From assembly GCF_006345805.1 (NCBI RefSeq), contig NC_042997.1, positions 93,806,001-93,870,000 of the forward strand: 64,000 nucleotides of DNA, written 5' to 3'. A program made the position numbers and the translations under genes. The notes beneath the pieces are model-generated. The model had not been told where the DNA came from and searched no databases. It saw only the letters and a list, made by a program, of their open reading frames with translations. The stretch is from Octopus sinensis (Eukaryota). Positions within the stretch are counted from its first letter, which is position 1. Each line of letters begins with the position of its first letter. Shown one piece after another: positions 12,648 to 25,787 of the stretch.

Positions 12648-14595
12648 CTAAAAAGATTTTGAATTAAATAGTATTTCATGTTGTTGATGATATTAAATTA
12701 TCTTCGAAAAATAACACATTTCAATAATTTAAGAGCGAAACTAATGTAAACAACTTTGTTATATTCGATTAACATGAAATTCTAATCAAGATCATTTGTG
12801 TTTTGTAATCAATATCGTTGTTTCTTTTAATGAATTATTAAAAATAAGGTTGCATGGCAACCTCCTTTAGTTCTACAAATTTGGCGCTATATCTCTCTAT
12901 CTATGAAACAAATGTCAATTTCAACGAGCAGACAAAACACTGTTCGTCTCCACTGTAATGCTCATTGTAACGGGGGAAGACAAATTATACAAACCTTAAG
13001 TACTTGTAAAGTCTTAGCATGTTTAAGAGTTTGGTCGTTTAAGATGTATTGGATTAACCAAGGTCTAAGAGGATAAACTAATTTCGGCATAACAACACAG
13101 TTTTTGTCAGCTGTTAACAATCACATAGATACCGCCATTAGAATTTCGACTATTTATTCTCGAACTAAATAAAGAAATTAATTAAAAGTGATACAGCTAT
13201 TGTATTTATGTCTTGGTTGAAACTTTTTGATAAATAAATTATTTTCAAAGTAAATCTAAGGATTTACTTTCACATTTATTTCCAGCAGAAAAAGAAACAG
13301 CAATAAGATTTAGCTTTCACTTTATTTAAAGACTATATATATATAAGGTAACTATAAAAAGTACACTGGATATAGCGAAAAACGAACTGAAACTAGGTTG
13401 GAAATTTAACCTATTTTTTCTTCAAAATTTATGATTGCACACGAGTAAGGTATTGAGCATCCATCGCTTAATGCTCCTTCTGAACGTGAAATTCATAATA
13501 TATCGAATTTTGGTAAACTGAATCAGTTTCTTTATGTTGCAATATTTATCTCTCTACAGTAAGTTTTCTATATTGGCTCAAACTTGTGACGAATCAATAA
13601 AATCTGTATCTCAGGAAGGTGCAACAGACACAACCTTCTTTAACATTTTTCTTGGTTACCAGGCAACCGAGCTACAACAGATCCAGGATGGTATTTTAGT
13701 TTAGCTTCGTTATTATTCTTGAGGTGTAGAAGAGAAAGGCGAGAAAGAATTCGTTCTTGCCCGCAGATGTTAAGGTGTGCAACATTTCATCCGCCTTATG
13801 CCAGCTTTTTTAACCCCGCAGCTCTTGGTACGGGCATTACCTGGCCTATCTTCCCTAAGTAATTTTGGCGTCAGCTTCTCTGCTGGGGGTTTCTTCTATT
13901 CTTTAACAAATTTGAAAAATGTGGTAAATGCTGGGGAAAAAATTAGCATAAATTACAACGAATATTTTATAGTTTTTAGTTTCTTTTTATTATTACCGTG
14001 TTTAGTATGAATGATATACACTTTTCATAGAGATGTGAATTATACACGATAACAAGTTTAATGCAATAGTAATTGCATGTTTTGTAATATGTATATATTT
14101 CATAAATTATTTGAGTACCATCCTATAATGCATATTATGTAGAAATTTTTTTCGGGATTTTGAAGTCCAGAATTAAGTGTGTACTTAAATTACGAGTGCT
14201 CATTGCACACCAATAAATACTGAATGTTCATTTATTCAGATCCATTTATAAGTTTGCTCTCACAGATGATTGGACTAAGTTGGACATATAGACTATGCAC
14301 ATATAAAATACTAGAACAACTTTATTCATTTACGTATATCACACAATTTAAACTTTACATGTCCAATACTATAATATAGTAAATTAAGTATTGCTTGTTT
14401 CATGCTTATCTTCTTTGCATGTTCCTGGGAGGCTTCATACATATGTCATGACTCTGTGTTTCTCCCGATTACTGTAAAATGTGATTCCGTTGATCAAATG
14501 TTATTGCAAGTTACTTGCGTGTTAATTTTTTTTTATACAGAGGTGGAGCCTTACAATTGACGATGGCTTAAAATTCAGTGCTAATGTTTCTCAGG

Positions 14596-15415
14596 GGATC
14601 TTTTCCTTTTGAACGGTAGTTTTCAACACAATTTCTAGTTAACTAAACACTTTTAAACTTCGTATACTGGTAGAATGTGTTTATAAAACATCATTTTTTT
14701 CTTGGCTTTATTGAGAAAATTCTATATGTTGTAACATATTTCGACTTTAATTTCGAGCATTTCGGCAATTTTAACCAATCGCTGACCTCCATTTAGGTAA
14801 ACAACATTCCGTGCTGTATGAATATGTCCCTCGTTTAAGAAACAGATTGGGTTTATTTACATTTGTGAAGAAAAAAAGATACCCACCCCTAACCCTAACC
14901 CTAACCATAACTCTAACCCTAACCCTAAAATAGATTGAAATGCAATAGATCGATACTAGGGTTATAATTATGTGTGACTATTTCGTACGACACCGCTACG
15001 GAAAATGGGATTTTTTTCTAGCGGTGCCAAATGAAATTGTCACCCATAATTATAACCCTAATATCGATGTATTGCATTTCAATCTATTTTAGGGTTAGGT
15101 TTAGAGTTATGGTTTGGAGTAGGGGTGGGTATCTTTTTTTCTTCGCAAATGTAAATAAACCCAATCTGTTTCTTAAACGAGGGACATATTCATACAGCAC
15201 GGAATGTTGTTTACCTAAATGGAGGTCAGCGATTGGTTAAAATTGCCGAAATGCTCGAAATTAAAGTCGAAATATGTTACAACATATAGAATTTTCTCAA
15301 TAAAGTCAAGAAAAAAATGATGTTTTATAAACACATTCTACCAGTATACGAAGTTTAAAAGTGTTTAGTTAACTAGAAATTGTGTTGAAAACTGCCGTTC
15401 AAAAGGAAAAGATCC
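14596..15415. mobile_element. Foldback MITE (~820 bp; arms ~385 bp) with 8-bp TSD, Merlin/Mutator-like
   Basis: Ends GGATCTTTTCC...GGAAAAGATCC. ttctcagg is duplicated at 14588-14595 and 15416-15423. Arms are near-perfect and contain (CCCTAA)n-like repeats. Confidence 0.85.
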
Positions 15416-15816
15416 TTCTCAGGCAGTGATGTCATTAGAATGAGTGCCGCTCGAGGCAGTCCTTGTGTTTCCTACTGCTCTTCTTCCTATACAGATTTAT
15501 ACAGCAGATGCAAAAGTGTCACCACTATAAAACATTACCTGGGGCGGACATAATGATTAGTTTTTATCGATCCTGAAAAGATGAAAATCGAAGTCGACTG
15601 TGACTGGATCAGAACTCAGAACGTAAATACAGACTAAACGCCGCTAAGCATTTTGTTCGGTGTGTTGACAATTCTGCAGCTCGTTTTCATATTGTGTATG
15701 CCAATAAATCTTTCTCATTTTGGCATAAAGCCAACAATTTTTAGATGGAGTGGTAGGAAGATTAGCCTTCAAAACGTAAATATCTGTATATCTGTATATA
15801 TAAAAGCCATGATGTA

Positions 15817-15851
<35 letters not shown>

Positions 15852-16077
15852 CGTGAATGTAATTATTGCACGTCCACAAATTAGCACGCATGTCGCTCCA
15901 ATTTTAGGAGGACATTCGTCACGATCCTAGTAGTGTTTTAGTCAAATTATTTTCCCACGAGGCACCCGCGAATAGCGGTAAAAATAAATTTTCGACCATA
16001 ACTTTACAATTTTCACAGCGGAGAAATCCACCATTGTTTATACAAACATGAGTTAAGTCCCCTTTTAGTGACGGTGT

Positions 16078-16118
<41 letters not shown>

Positions 16119-16225
16119 AGATTTTTAAAATTTCGTCTTTTTACTGAGTGATTGACAGGCAAAAACAGACAGACAGGTGTTGTTATGTATGTATGTATGT
16201 GTGAATGGCTTCACACATACATATT

Positions 16226-16319
<94 letters not shown>

Positions 16320-16321
<2 letters not shown>

Positions 16322-16500
16322 ATATAAACGATATTCTCCGTTTCTCCACAACTAATTTCCAAATTAGCTGAATCCGTTACTCTACTCATAGCGATATATA
16401 GCTGGTCGTGCGTGAACATGGGAGAGAGCAGAGGTTACCAGAGCAAAAGACCTACGTGTTGACTGTAGACACGCCCCTTCGCAAACGATCAGCTATTATT
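16320..16500 (-). mobile_element. Helitron PIF1 helicase C-terminal remnant
   Basis: MFTHDQLYIAMSRVTDSANLEI...TENIVY matches PIF1 motif VI (FSHGQLYVALSRV...T.NIVY). Confidence 0.75.
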
Positions 16501-16853
16501 TTGTAAATAACGTTTCGAAACTGTCCATGTTTTCGAAAGGAGAGATCTGACTCTTTTTTACCATTACGCCTACCAATTTTGATGTATTTTGTTCAAACTT
16601 GATGCCAGCATTACTTAGGACTCATAGGATCTTTGAATGCTTTTAGTTCTCCAAAAACGAAAAAAAAAAGAAACAATCGATGAGTGGAAAAAATCGATAA
16701 ACCGATTCCTTATGGGATTTCCCAATTAAATTGTCTGCAAAATTTCAGCCAAAAGTTTACCAATTTCAACGGATTTCACTCAAATTTGACGTCGATGTTA
16801 CTTAGTTTGCTTTGAAATAAAGAGCTTGATTAGCTTAATAATCCTAACTTAAT

Positions 16854-16881
16854 CCCGACCAAAGCCGGGCTATACTGCTAG
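16854..16881 (+). mobile_element. Helitron 3' terminus (hairpin + CTAG); same type at ~42011-42040 (+) and ~53313-53342 (-)
   Basis: cccgaccaaagccgggctatactgctag resembles the 9903-9930 terminus. Confidence 0.55.
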
Positions 16882-17004
16882 CTTGCTATAAAGGCTGTGG
16901 AAAGCATTCAGGACACAAAGACTAAGGACTGGGGATTTACGTAAAAACAAAACACACACACACGCACACACGCATGCACACACGCACACACACACACACA
17001 CACG

Positions 17005-17044
<40 letters not shown>

Positions 17045-17074
17045 CACACACACACATGCACACACACACAAAAC

Positions 17075-19760
17075 GTGTAAACAATAAAAAGCCCCCAGTG
17101 GGGGTGGACGTCACCCAAGGGCAACAATGGACCTCACAGATCCCGAGCCAGCCATTTCACCAGGAGTTCCAAAGCAAGAGCTCCTATCTCCTCTTTATTT
17201 CTCAGCCTACAGGCATCAGCTTAGAGTTGGTCCACTTACTCGAGTCATCCTCTCCACATTCACTCACCTTTCAACAAATTCATTGGAGGGCAGCACATAT
17301 CCCTCGAACTTCACTTTCTTTTTCAGATAGTATTTTAAAACGAAGAGGAAAGTGTTTATCTTCAATTCTCTCAGTCCACCACACAACTACTTTCACTAAC
17401 GATACTAGACATAAAAAAACTGTCCGAGCTTCCTGACCAAAAGGAAGATGAAGAGGTGACCAATATAGCTGGATCCGTCCTACACTTGATAGTAGCTGCT
17501 TGACATAACTCCACAAATCAGCAATGCTGGAGCGTTGTATGAGCGTGTGTAGGTCGGTTTTGTTGCTCTGTGCGCATCTCGGGCAGGCTTGCGCAGATAA
17601 CGGCACTAATATGTTTCCCCATCTTACCCAACAGAACTGCCAAGCCTGGAATTTCTGGAAGTTATTCATGGACTCTGACTCGAAAGTTCTCTGGAAAAGA
17701 CCAGACGCTCAAAGTTTTCCTGAAGACGCCATCGCTCTTACACACCACTAACCTTCAATAGAATGCAATGGTGGAGCATCCACCGACCACATTGCCCGAC
17801 AGGCAGAGGACTATGAGCACCTGACGGCACTCAAGGTGCCAGGTACCCTATCTCAGTCTATGCTAGATCCAAGACTGTATATTAAAGTGACGAGCTGCGG
17901 AAAAGCACGTCTAACAAATGGCGACCACACCTGCTCAACGTCAAAGAAAATGCGGAGAGATTGTTGCCTCAGCTCATGATTGTGCATCATTAATCCATCA
18001 CGCCCAGTCTTCCAAGCAGAAGATGCTGACAGCAAATGGGTCGTTTGACAAGCGGGACGCATCCATTCCATAAAAAGCAGAACAGTGAGGTAGGCATTCG
18101 CCGCTTCCGTTTGACCCTTCAGAGATAGTTCCCTACCTGCCCTTGGTGAGGCTCTGATCAACTTGGAGGTCTGGGCTAAGCCAAATCTCAAGCAACTTAA
18201 CCAGTTCATCCGTTCTGCGCCTAATGGCGCTGTTGACTTGCTTTTCCAGGTACAGAGCTGCTGGCTTAACGACTTTGGTTAATTTTTGCTTTTGTTACCG
18301 CCTCGCATTCCCTTAGGATAATCACCTCAATGTGTTTGGTGTCCAACACTATTACGATGATGTCCGAATATGCATATGTGGAGCCTTTGCATCTTAGTTC
18401 TCCCGGGTTGCTCCTCGAAACCTTCAGCTTCTGCAGTAGTGACTCTTAGAGTCAGTTCCTACAGAAGAGTAGATGACGGTGGGGGGCATCTTTGACAGAC
18501 CAATCGCATGATACCAAACAACTCCATCAGGTGGCCATTTAGTCTGGCCACCGAGCAATTGGCGCTGTACATTGCAGCAATCCAGCTTCTGAAGTCGGGA
18601 CCGAAACCAGCTACCTTCAGGGCAGCCACCAAATATTGATGACCGACCCGATCGAAAGCTTTCGACTGAACTAAAGTGATTAAAGCCAAATTCTTTACCC
18701 GGCCTTTCTATGATGTATCATGCGAGATGGGGGTTGTTGTGGATCTGTTTGATATTGCAAGTATCTGTATGCTGTCTGAGTATCGACGGCAAGCTCCATC
18801 ATCTTGGTTAAGCATAATCTTCAAAGTTATGGGCCCAAATTTGTTAAAATCACCCCACCTGTTGGGATCCTTTCTTAGCAGCACCACATCTCTTTTTGCA
18901 GGACTGGGAAATTTCCCGTTCTACTACCAGTTGCAGTAGACATCTACAGAGAGACCTCAGAACAAGTCTCGCGTATGATTAAAAAAGTTCGTAGAGTAGA
19001 TCATCCAGCTCCGGCGACTTCCCCCACCTTGCAGACCGTCATCGTTTCCCGTATTTCAGAAGTTGTTATCAGCTTTTCGCATAACTTTGCATCCACAGAC
19101 GAGGTAGGCGGTAAAGCCCATTCCGTTTCTGGTCCACCGTCAGCCCAAAATAGTTGAGCAAAGTGCCACTGAAGATTCTCATACATCTGCTTGGAATCGA
19201 GTGGCTCGCCCTTCTTCCTTCTTCAAAAACCAAATTGTGGTTTTGTTGCCGCGTTGCTACTATGTCCTCCGGGTGAATCTAATAGCTTCCATCCCCTCAT
19301 GCTCTAGCTCTGACAACACCGTCTTTAGCATTGAAGAGTCAATTAAGGGTTAATTTCGCTGCCGGCACATCAGTCACAACGTCTTTTCCATTCGCCTTTT
19401 CTGGGTTGCTAACTAGCTCTCCTACTCCAGAATTATCTATCACTGTTTCTTTACTAAAGCTAACTAACATTGAATGTTGACGATGTTGGTGTTGAGGGAT
19501 TCTGCTTTTAATATTCCTATTGTTGGTGTCAGAGTTTTTTCTGAAAGTTAGGTGTTTTTTTATTGCTGGTGTTCCTGACACTGATGTTGTTACTGTTGTT
19601 GCTCTTGTCTTTGGAGCCTCTACTGCTGTTGTTGCAGCCTCTGTGACTTTTTCTATTGCTGTTACTTCTGTCATTGCTGCTATTAGTGTGTTTTCCTACT
19701 TTTGTAGCTATGGGCTCTGTATTTGTTGCGTTGAGTGTCTCGTTTCTTTCTCAACTTAGT
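17075..19760 (-). mobile_element. L1/Tx1-clade LINE remnant (RT domain, ORF1-like low-complexity piece)
   Basis: RT motifs ALITLVQSKAFDRVGHQYL and RLVCQRCPP, plus FGPITL and post-RT WSPFVRRAFPQL; many stops. The 3' end abuts a (GT)n tract at ~16950-17070. Confidence 0.8.
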
Positions 19761-19785
19761 GGAAGGGGGGAGGAGGAGGAGAACG

Positions 19786-20050
19786 GGATCTTTTCCTTTT
19801 GAACGGCAGTTTTCAACACAATTTCTAGTTAATTAAACACTTTTAAACTTCGTATACTGGTAGAATGTGTCAAAATAAAACATTTTTTTCTCTTGGCTTT
19901 CTTGAGAAAATTGTAATTTGTAAGTTTAACGTAGTTTAATTTTTCGAATTTTAACCAATCGATGGCCTCTATTGAGCTAAAATCATTTGCTGCGTCTAAA
20001 ACTGAGACAACATCCTGTCACTAACCCTAACACTAACCGTAACCATAACA
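19786..20050 (+). mobile_element. Truncated relative of the 14596 foldback MITE (one arm)
   Basis: ggatcttttccttttgaacggcagttttcaacacaatttctagtt...cgtatactggtagaatgtgt is shared, followed by ctaaccctaacactaacc. Further diverged pieces lie at ~54240-54530 and ~55400-55490. Confidence 0.75.
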
Positions 20051-20095
20051 GAATAAAGTGAAAAAAAAAACAAAACAAACCCAACAAAAACTCAC

Positions 20096-20225
20096 CTGGC
20101 AGTTGTAAATCCCCAAAAGAAAAGTAGGTAGGGAACATATTCATAAAATCTTTCATCGCATACAGGGTAGACTCTGAGTCCAAGATTCGACTGATTAGGA
20201 CAGGCCGTTGACCATCTGATGGTGT
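20096..20225 (-). CDS. Probable coding exon (130 nt, phase 0-1)
   Basis: Acceptor aaacttcag| and ideal donor CAG|gtgagt. Reads TPSDGQRPVLISRILDSESTLYAMKDFMNMFPTYFSFGDLQLP. Unique sequence between repeats. Confidence 0.6.
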
Positions 20226-20334
20226 CTGAAGTTTCTGAAAATTACTCTCTGCTCTAAGTGTAATTATTTAGATACGCTTATATATTTTAAGGAAGGGAGG
20301 AAGGAAGGAAGGAAGGAGGCTAGGTAGATAGATA

Positions 20335-20550
20335 GGTAAGGCGGTGAGCTGGCAGAATCGTTAGCACATCGGGCGAAATGCTTAGCGGTATTTCGTCTGC
20401 CGCTACGTTCTGAGTTCAAATTCCGCCGAGGTCGACTTTGCCTTTCATCCTTTCGGGGTCGATTAAATAAGTACCAGTTACGCCCTGGGATCGACATAAT
20501 CGACTTAATCCGTTTGTCTGTCCTTGTTTGTCCTCTCTGTGTTTAGCCCC
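20335..20550 (+). mobile_element. SINE (ggcgagctggcagaatcgttagcac family); copies at ~47756-47988(-), 51925-52100, 57210-57440, 60699-60930, 62330-62510(-)
   Basis: tRNA-like head with B-box ctgagttcaaattccgccgaggtcgactttgcctttcatcctttcggggtcga. Confidence 0.8.
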
Positions 20551-21003
20551 TTGTGGGTAGTAAAGAAATAGATAGATAGGTAGGTAGGTAGGTAGGTAGG
20601 TAAGTAGGTAGGTAGGTTGATAGGTTGGTAGGTAGGTAGGTAGGTCGATAGATAGAGTGTGTGTGCGGGTGTATGAAAAAGAGTAAGATAGACACAGACA
20701 GAGCGAGTGCTTATTCCTGTATTTCTCCCCTTCTCTCAGAGTCAGTTCATCTCCATCTAGCTTTTGCCATTCAAATATGGATACCAGCTGATACCATGCC
20801 TGAATGTAATATAATGCAATATAATGCAAGCCGCAGGCGTGACTATGTGGTGAGAAGTTTGCGTCCCAACTACATGGCACCTTGGGCAGGTATCTTCTAC
20901 TACTGCATGGCACCTTAGGCAGGTATCTTCTACTACAACGCCGGGCCGACCAAACCAGTGTGAGTGGATTTGGTACACGTAAACTTAAAGGAGCCTATCG
21001 TGT

Positions 21004-21054
<51 letters not shown>

Positions 21055-21169
21055 GATGGATGAATGTTCAGGATGAATTTGATGACTTTTGTCTTTTTTG
21101 TTTTAAGAATCAGCTTGATGTATTGGTGAACACTAAACAGCATTGGAGTGCATAAAGATTAAAGATGTT

Positions 21170-21760
21170 GAGAAAAAGTTAGCTGACAGGGAGGACTGGA
21201 TGCCGTCTGAATATTAGAAAAGGGTTTCCTGTATCATGTTGCTCAATGATCTGTGAACACTGTAAAGGCTGTAAGACCTGACATGGGCATCATGTAAACT
21301 AAGTTCCCCAAAATGTGATAGTCTTTGGGTATGTCTTCAGTGAGTGTGACATCAAACCACCCACATCTTGGAACAGGGCCTAAGCTCAATTCAGATGACT
21401 ATGTGAAGCTGCTGAGACCGTGATTCAAACCTTAACTGGAGAGGGTTACTGCTGAAAGGCCTCTTACCATACCCTCGAAAAAGAGTCAGAAATGGTTGTT
21501 GGAGAATTTCTACAACTTCACCAGCTTAAATTTCTGACTTCCCAATCCCTCCAATTATTATCCCTTGGATTACTATGTGTAGGGCGCGGTTGAGAAAGAC
21601 CAACTGCTCTGCTTGAAACACCAAGGCCGAGCTGGTGGCCAAGATCAAAGAGGAATTCGAAGATCTTCCCAGGGACACAGCGATGTGCCATGTTCCGAAG
21701 CTGCCGTCAGACTGTGTTGGAATATGTGGCCGGCAAATTGAGTAAACTGTTATTTTTGGG
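21170..21760 (+). mobile_element. Second remnant of the same Tc1/maT-like family
   Basis: Shares aggctcaattcagatgactatgtgaagctgctg, ttggattactatgtg...gcggttgagaaagac and ccgagctggtggccaagatcaa-like blocks with 44190-44830. Confidence 0.7.
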
Positions 21761-22162
21761 TGGGATATTTCGTTTTATTTTTCCTTTTATGCAGATTGTC
21801 AAATTTAGCCTGGACACCCTGTATGTACATACACCTGTGTGTCTTTGTGTTTGTTTCCCATCACCGCTTCTTAACCAGTGTTGGTTTGTTAACATATCTG
21901 TAACTTAGCGGTTCAGCAAAAGAATCGATAGAATAAGTTCCAGGCTTCAAAAGAATAAATATTTAGAGTGACTCATTTAACTAAAACCCTTTAGGAAGGG
22001 ATTTCGTTGTAAAAGACCAGAACTCTTACACTCGAGTTAGCGGCACCAGCTCCTAGAAAATGCACCAGCCCACATTCCATCCTGGTAACCGATTACAGGT
22101 TAAGTTCACCGCCATCAATTCACCGCAGGGAAAGCTTGCAGCCATCAATTTACCGTGCAGGC

Positions 22163-22493
22163 TGTGTGGTAAGTAGCTTGCTTACCAACCACATGGTTCC
22201 GGGGTTCAGTCCCACTGCGTGACACCTTGGGCAAGTGTCTTCTACTATAGCCTCGGGCCGACCAAAGCCTTGTGAGTGGATTTGGTAGACGGAAACTGAA
22301 AGAAGCCCATCATATATATGTATATATATATATATATGTATATATACGGGATTCTTTCAGTTTCCGTCTACCAAATTCACTCACAAGACTTTGGTCGGCC
22401 CGAGGCTATAGTAGAAGACACTTGCCCAAGGTGTCACGCAGTGGGACTGAACCCCGGAACCATGTGGTTGGTAAGCAAGCTATTTACCACACA
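22163..22493. repeat. Inverted pair of SINE 5' halves around a (TA)n spacer
   Basis: 22163-22308 vs 22348-22493, ~146 bp with about 3 mismatches. Confidence 0.85.
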
Positions 22494-23066
22494 CACACAT
22501 ATATATGTATATTATGTCGGGTCACTTTCGAGTGCTACTGGTAACATGTAACCCAGTACAACTTGTTTTATGGTCGGGTCGTCGGCGACCAAACCGGCAA
22601 CCCCACCATGCTTGCTTGGTGAGGATGGTGTTTATTGGTCACCATGCGGGATGAAAAACAAAACCCGTCAAAGGGCGGAGGAACTCTTGAGAGTCAACGG
22701 CCATCCAATAAATGTCTTAAGGCTGTATCATGCGCGGGGACATAGAAATAATCGGACTGAATACCCGATCGCGCGGTTAAACCATTGGGAGTGAAGGACT
22801 CCTAGCCTTTGTTAGGGCATCCTTCTAGGAGAAGGTAACTCAGGTAACTGGGATAACTCTGACATAAAACCTGCGGCTTAGTGGTTACCGATGATGTTGA
22901 CTTGTTCTTCTTTTCGGATTATGGCTGCTATTGCTTAGTGAGTGGGATTGTCTCAGTGCACAGCCTTTCCTCACTTTAAAAAAAATCTTCTTGCACAGGC
23001 ATTGCACCATAACAACATTGATTAAGCTTCGTGCAATAGCCATATTCGATAACGAGGGGGAAGCCA

Positions 23067-23107
<41 letters not shown>

Positions 23108-23489
23108 ATATGTGTGTACGTGTGTGTGTGTGTGTGTTTGTGTGTCTGCGTTTGTCCCCACAACATCGCTTGACAACTGATGCTGGTGTGTTTGCGTCCC
23201 CGTAACTTAGCGGTTCGGCAAAAGAGACCGATAGAACAAGTACTAGGCTTACAAAGAATAAGTCCTGGGATCGATTTGCTCGACTAAAGGCGGTGCTCCA
23301 GCATGGCCGCAGTCAAATGACTGAAACAAGTAAAAGAGAAAAAAAAAAGAAAAAAGAATATATATCCATAGTATTTCACCATTAATAGTTAAAAACTATT
23401 TTAATGAAAAACAAAAAGAAAGAAAAAAGGTGAATTGATGACGGTGAACTTATCGGACATATTGGCTGACAGAAATACTTGACTGACAG

Positions 23490-23790
23490 AAATAGGTATC
23501 AAAACTGTCCCTCACTCTCCTTATAGTCCAGACCTTGCGTCCTGTGATTTTTAACTGTTCCTCTAACTGAAGGAGAACCGCAGGGGCATTCTTTTTGAAT
23601 ACATTGAGAAAAATGAAGTAGGCTGCGATAAGGATTTTGGCGACATCTTACCTTTGGAGGACTTCCATGAGGTCTTCACGAAGTGGAAAGTCAGAGGATG
23701 TTACTTTGAAGAAGATTAGAGTTTTGTACAACTTATAAATAAATCAATGCCTTTCTTGAAGAAGTTTCAACACTTCTAGAGGGCACCTTT
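23490..23790 (+). mobile_element. mariner transposase C-terminal remnant
   Basis: YSPDLASCDF...LKEN...GCYFEED. Confidence 0.65.
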
Positions 23791-24014
23791 TATGCAGTAA
23801 ACGATAAGGTAAACAGTTAATATTTTAGATTATAAATAAACATTAAATCAAATTAAACACTACAAAAATATATATCGACAATGGAAAAAAAAATACGCAC
23901 TGAAACTAAACCACCCACGAGAGCCGAACCACGCATCTATCGCTATCTAAATCATTGGTTCTCAACCAGGGTTCACGCGACCCTTGTTAAAATTTATGTG
24001 TAATAAATTGGTTA

Positions 24015-24335
24015 TGGAGTCGCAATGGCCCAGTGGTTAGGGCAGCGGACTCGCGGTCGGAGGATCGCGGTTTCGATTCCTAGATCGGACGTTGTGTGTG
24101 TTTATTGAGCGAAAACATCTAAAGCTCCACGAGGCTCCAGTAGGGGGTGGTGGCGACCCCTGTTGTACTCTTTCGCCCCAATTTTCTCTCACTCTCTCTT
24201 CCTGTTTCTTGAGTAACGCTGCGATGGACTGGCGTCTCGTCCAGCTGGGGGGGGGGAACACATATGCCACAGAAACCGGGAAACCGGGGCCATGAGCCTG
24301 GCTAGGCTTGAAAAGGGCGCATAAATAAATTTTAA
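24015..24335 (+). mobile_element. SINE (gcaatggcccagtggttagggcagcggactcgcggtcg family) nested in a MITE with ggttctcaacc/ggttgagaa ends; copies at ~29705-30110(-), 45870-46145(-), 53695-54060(-)
   Basis: tRNA-like A/B boxes; shared gttgtgtgtgtttattgagcgaaaaca...aaagctccacgaggctcc. Confidence 0.8.
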
Positions 24336-25015
24336 AAAGTGGTTATACTTCTGCAATATACAAAATATTGTATTGTTTTTTTTTTATATAGCACCCCTAA
24401 TACTATATAATAAAAATATAATTGATTTTTTAAAGCATGGGTGTCCATCGGAGTAAAATAGGAATTAAAGGTGTCTATCGGTAAAAGATGGTTGAGAATA
24501 ACAGATCTAAACGATCGTTTTGTTCATTGCACCAGTTCAGAGGCCAAATCAGTGTGATACAGAATAATACGGTCGGACCTTTGAATTACATGTACAATCC
24601 TTCCAACGAGCTTCTACATAGTTTCCGTCTACCTAGTTTTACTTTCAAGGTATGGGTCAATTCGAACCTATGGGAAATCCTGTCTACTGTAGGCACAAGA
24701 TCAGAAATTCTGGGATAAGGGAGGGGCTAATCGATTGCATCGACCCAAGTACTTGACTGGTACTTACTTTTGTCGATCTCGAAAGGATGAAAGGCAAAGT
24801 CAAGCTAGGTGAAATTTGAACTCAGAATGTAAAGGCGGGTGAAATGCTGCTAAGCGTTTTGTCCGGCGTGATAGTGATTCTGTCGGGTCGCCGCCTTTGA
24901 AGCTATGGGAAAATAACATTTCCATAAGATGGCACGCACTGAGATCTAATCCGAAACCTCATGGCTGTGAAGCGAACTTTTTAACCAATCACCCACCTGT
25001 CCTCATACACATGCC

Positions 25016-25072
<57 letters not shown>

Positions 25073-25106
25073 GCTGCCTGCTTGCCTGCCTGCTTGCCTG
25101 TCTGCC

Positions 25107-25161
<55 letters not shown>

Positions 25162-25787
25162 GGGTTGATTTTGGATTGTGATATCTATGTGTGTATAGGC
25201 ACGTGGCCCATGCTTTCAACTCCTAGACTGGGCGGTGCGTTGTTATTGTTGGGCAGAACACTTCATTTCAAGTTGCTCAGCTGTAAATGAGTTCCAGCAA
25301 GCTGCTGGCAAGTTAACCCTTTGACGGGCCAGCATTCCGTTCAGGGGTGGTGGTCAGTGCTGTAGCCTCAGTTATGGAAACCTCGTGACGTTTCGAGAAT
25401 GAATCTTCATCAAAGAGAGAGGAAAATTAACTCTTCAACTGAAGCGCAAGATAGCACTGACATTTTCTTCACACAACATACGAGTTTAGCCAAACTTACA
25501 CACTCCACTATATAGTTTTAGCCAAAGCTGATAGACCGTCACTAATTTCTTAGTCTGTGTTTTTAAAAACTTTTTCGTTTGGTTGTCTATGGATCTGTTT
25601 ATCATTTTTGTTGGTCGTTTACATTTTGCTCCAATGTGCAAGTCACTTCATCTCTTTCTCTCTCTCTCCTTCTCTCTCCCTCTCTCTCTTTTCTCTCTCT
25701 CTCTCTCTCCTCCTATCTCTCCCTCTCTCTCTCTACTTTGCCAAGCCCCGTCGCCAAGCTTTAGTGCCTGGGGGTGTTTCAGAATAT

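Noticed and set aside
13650-13900. Possible exon (NNNEAKLKYHPGSVVARLP) or 5' region with mildly raised CpG
   Set aside because: Phase 0-1 does not connect to known neighbours and the donor is weak; insufficient support.
22770-22880. RTE-like 5' UTR with a possible HDV-like ribozyme (ctcctag/ctaggag pairing)
   Set aside because: Could not build P1/P1.1/P2/P3 consistently; only a generic hairpin is supported.
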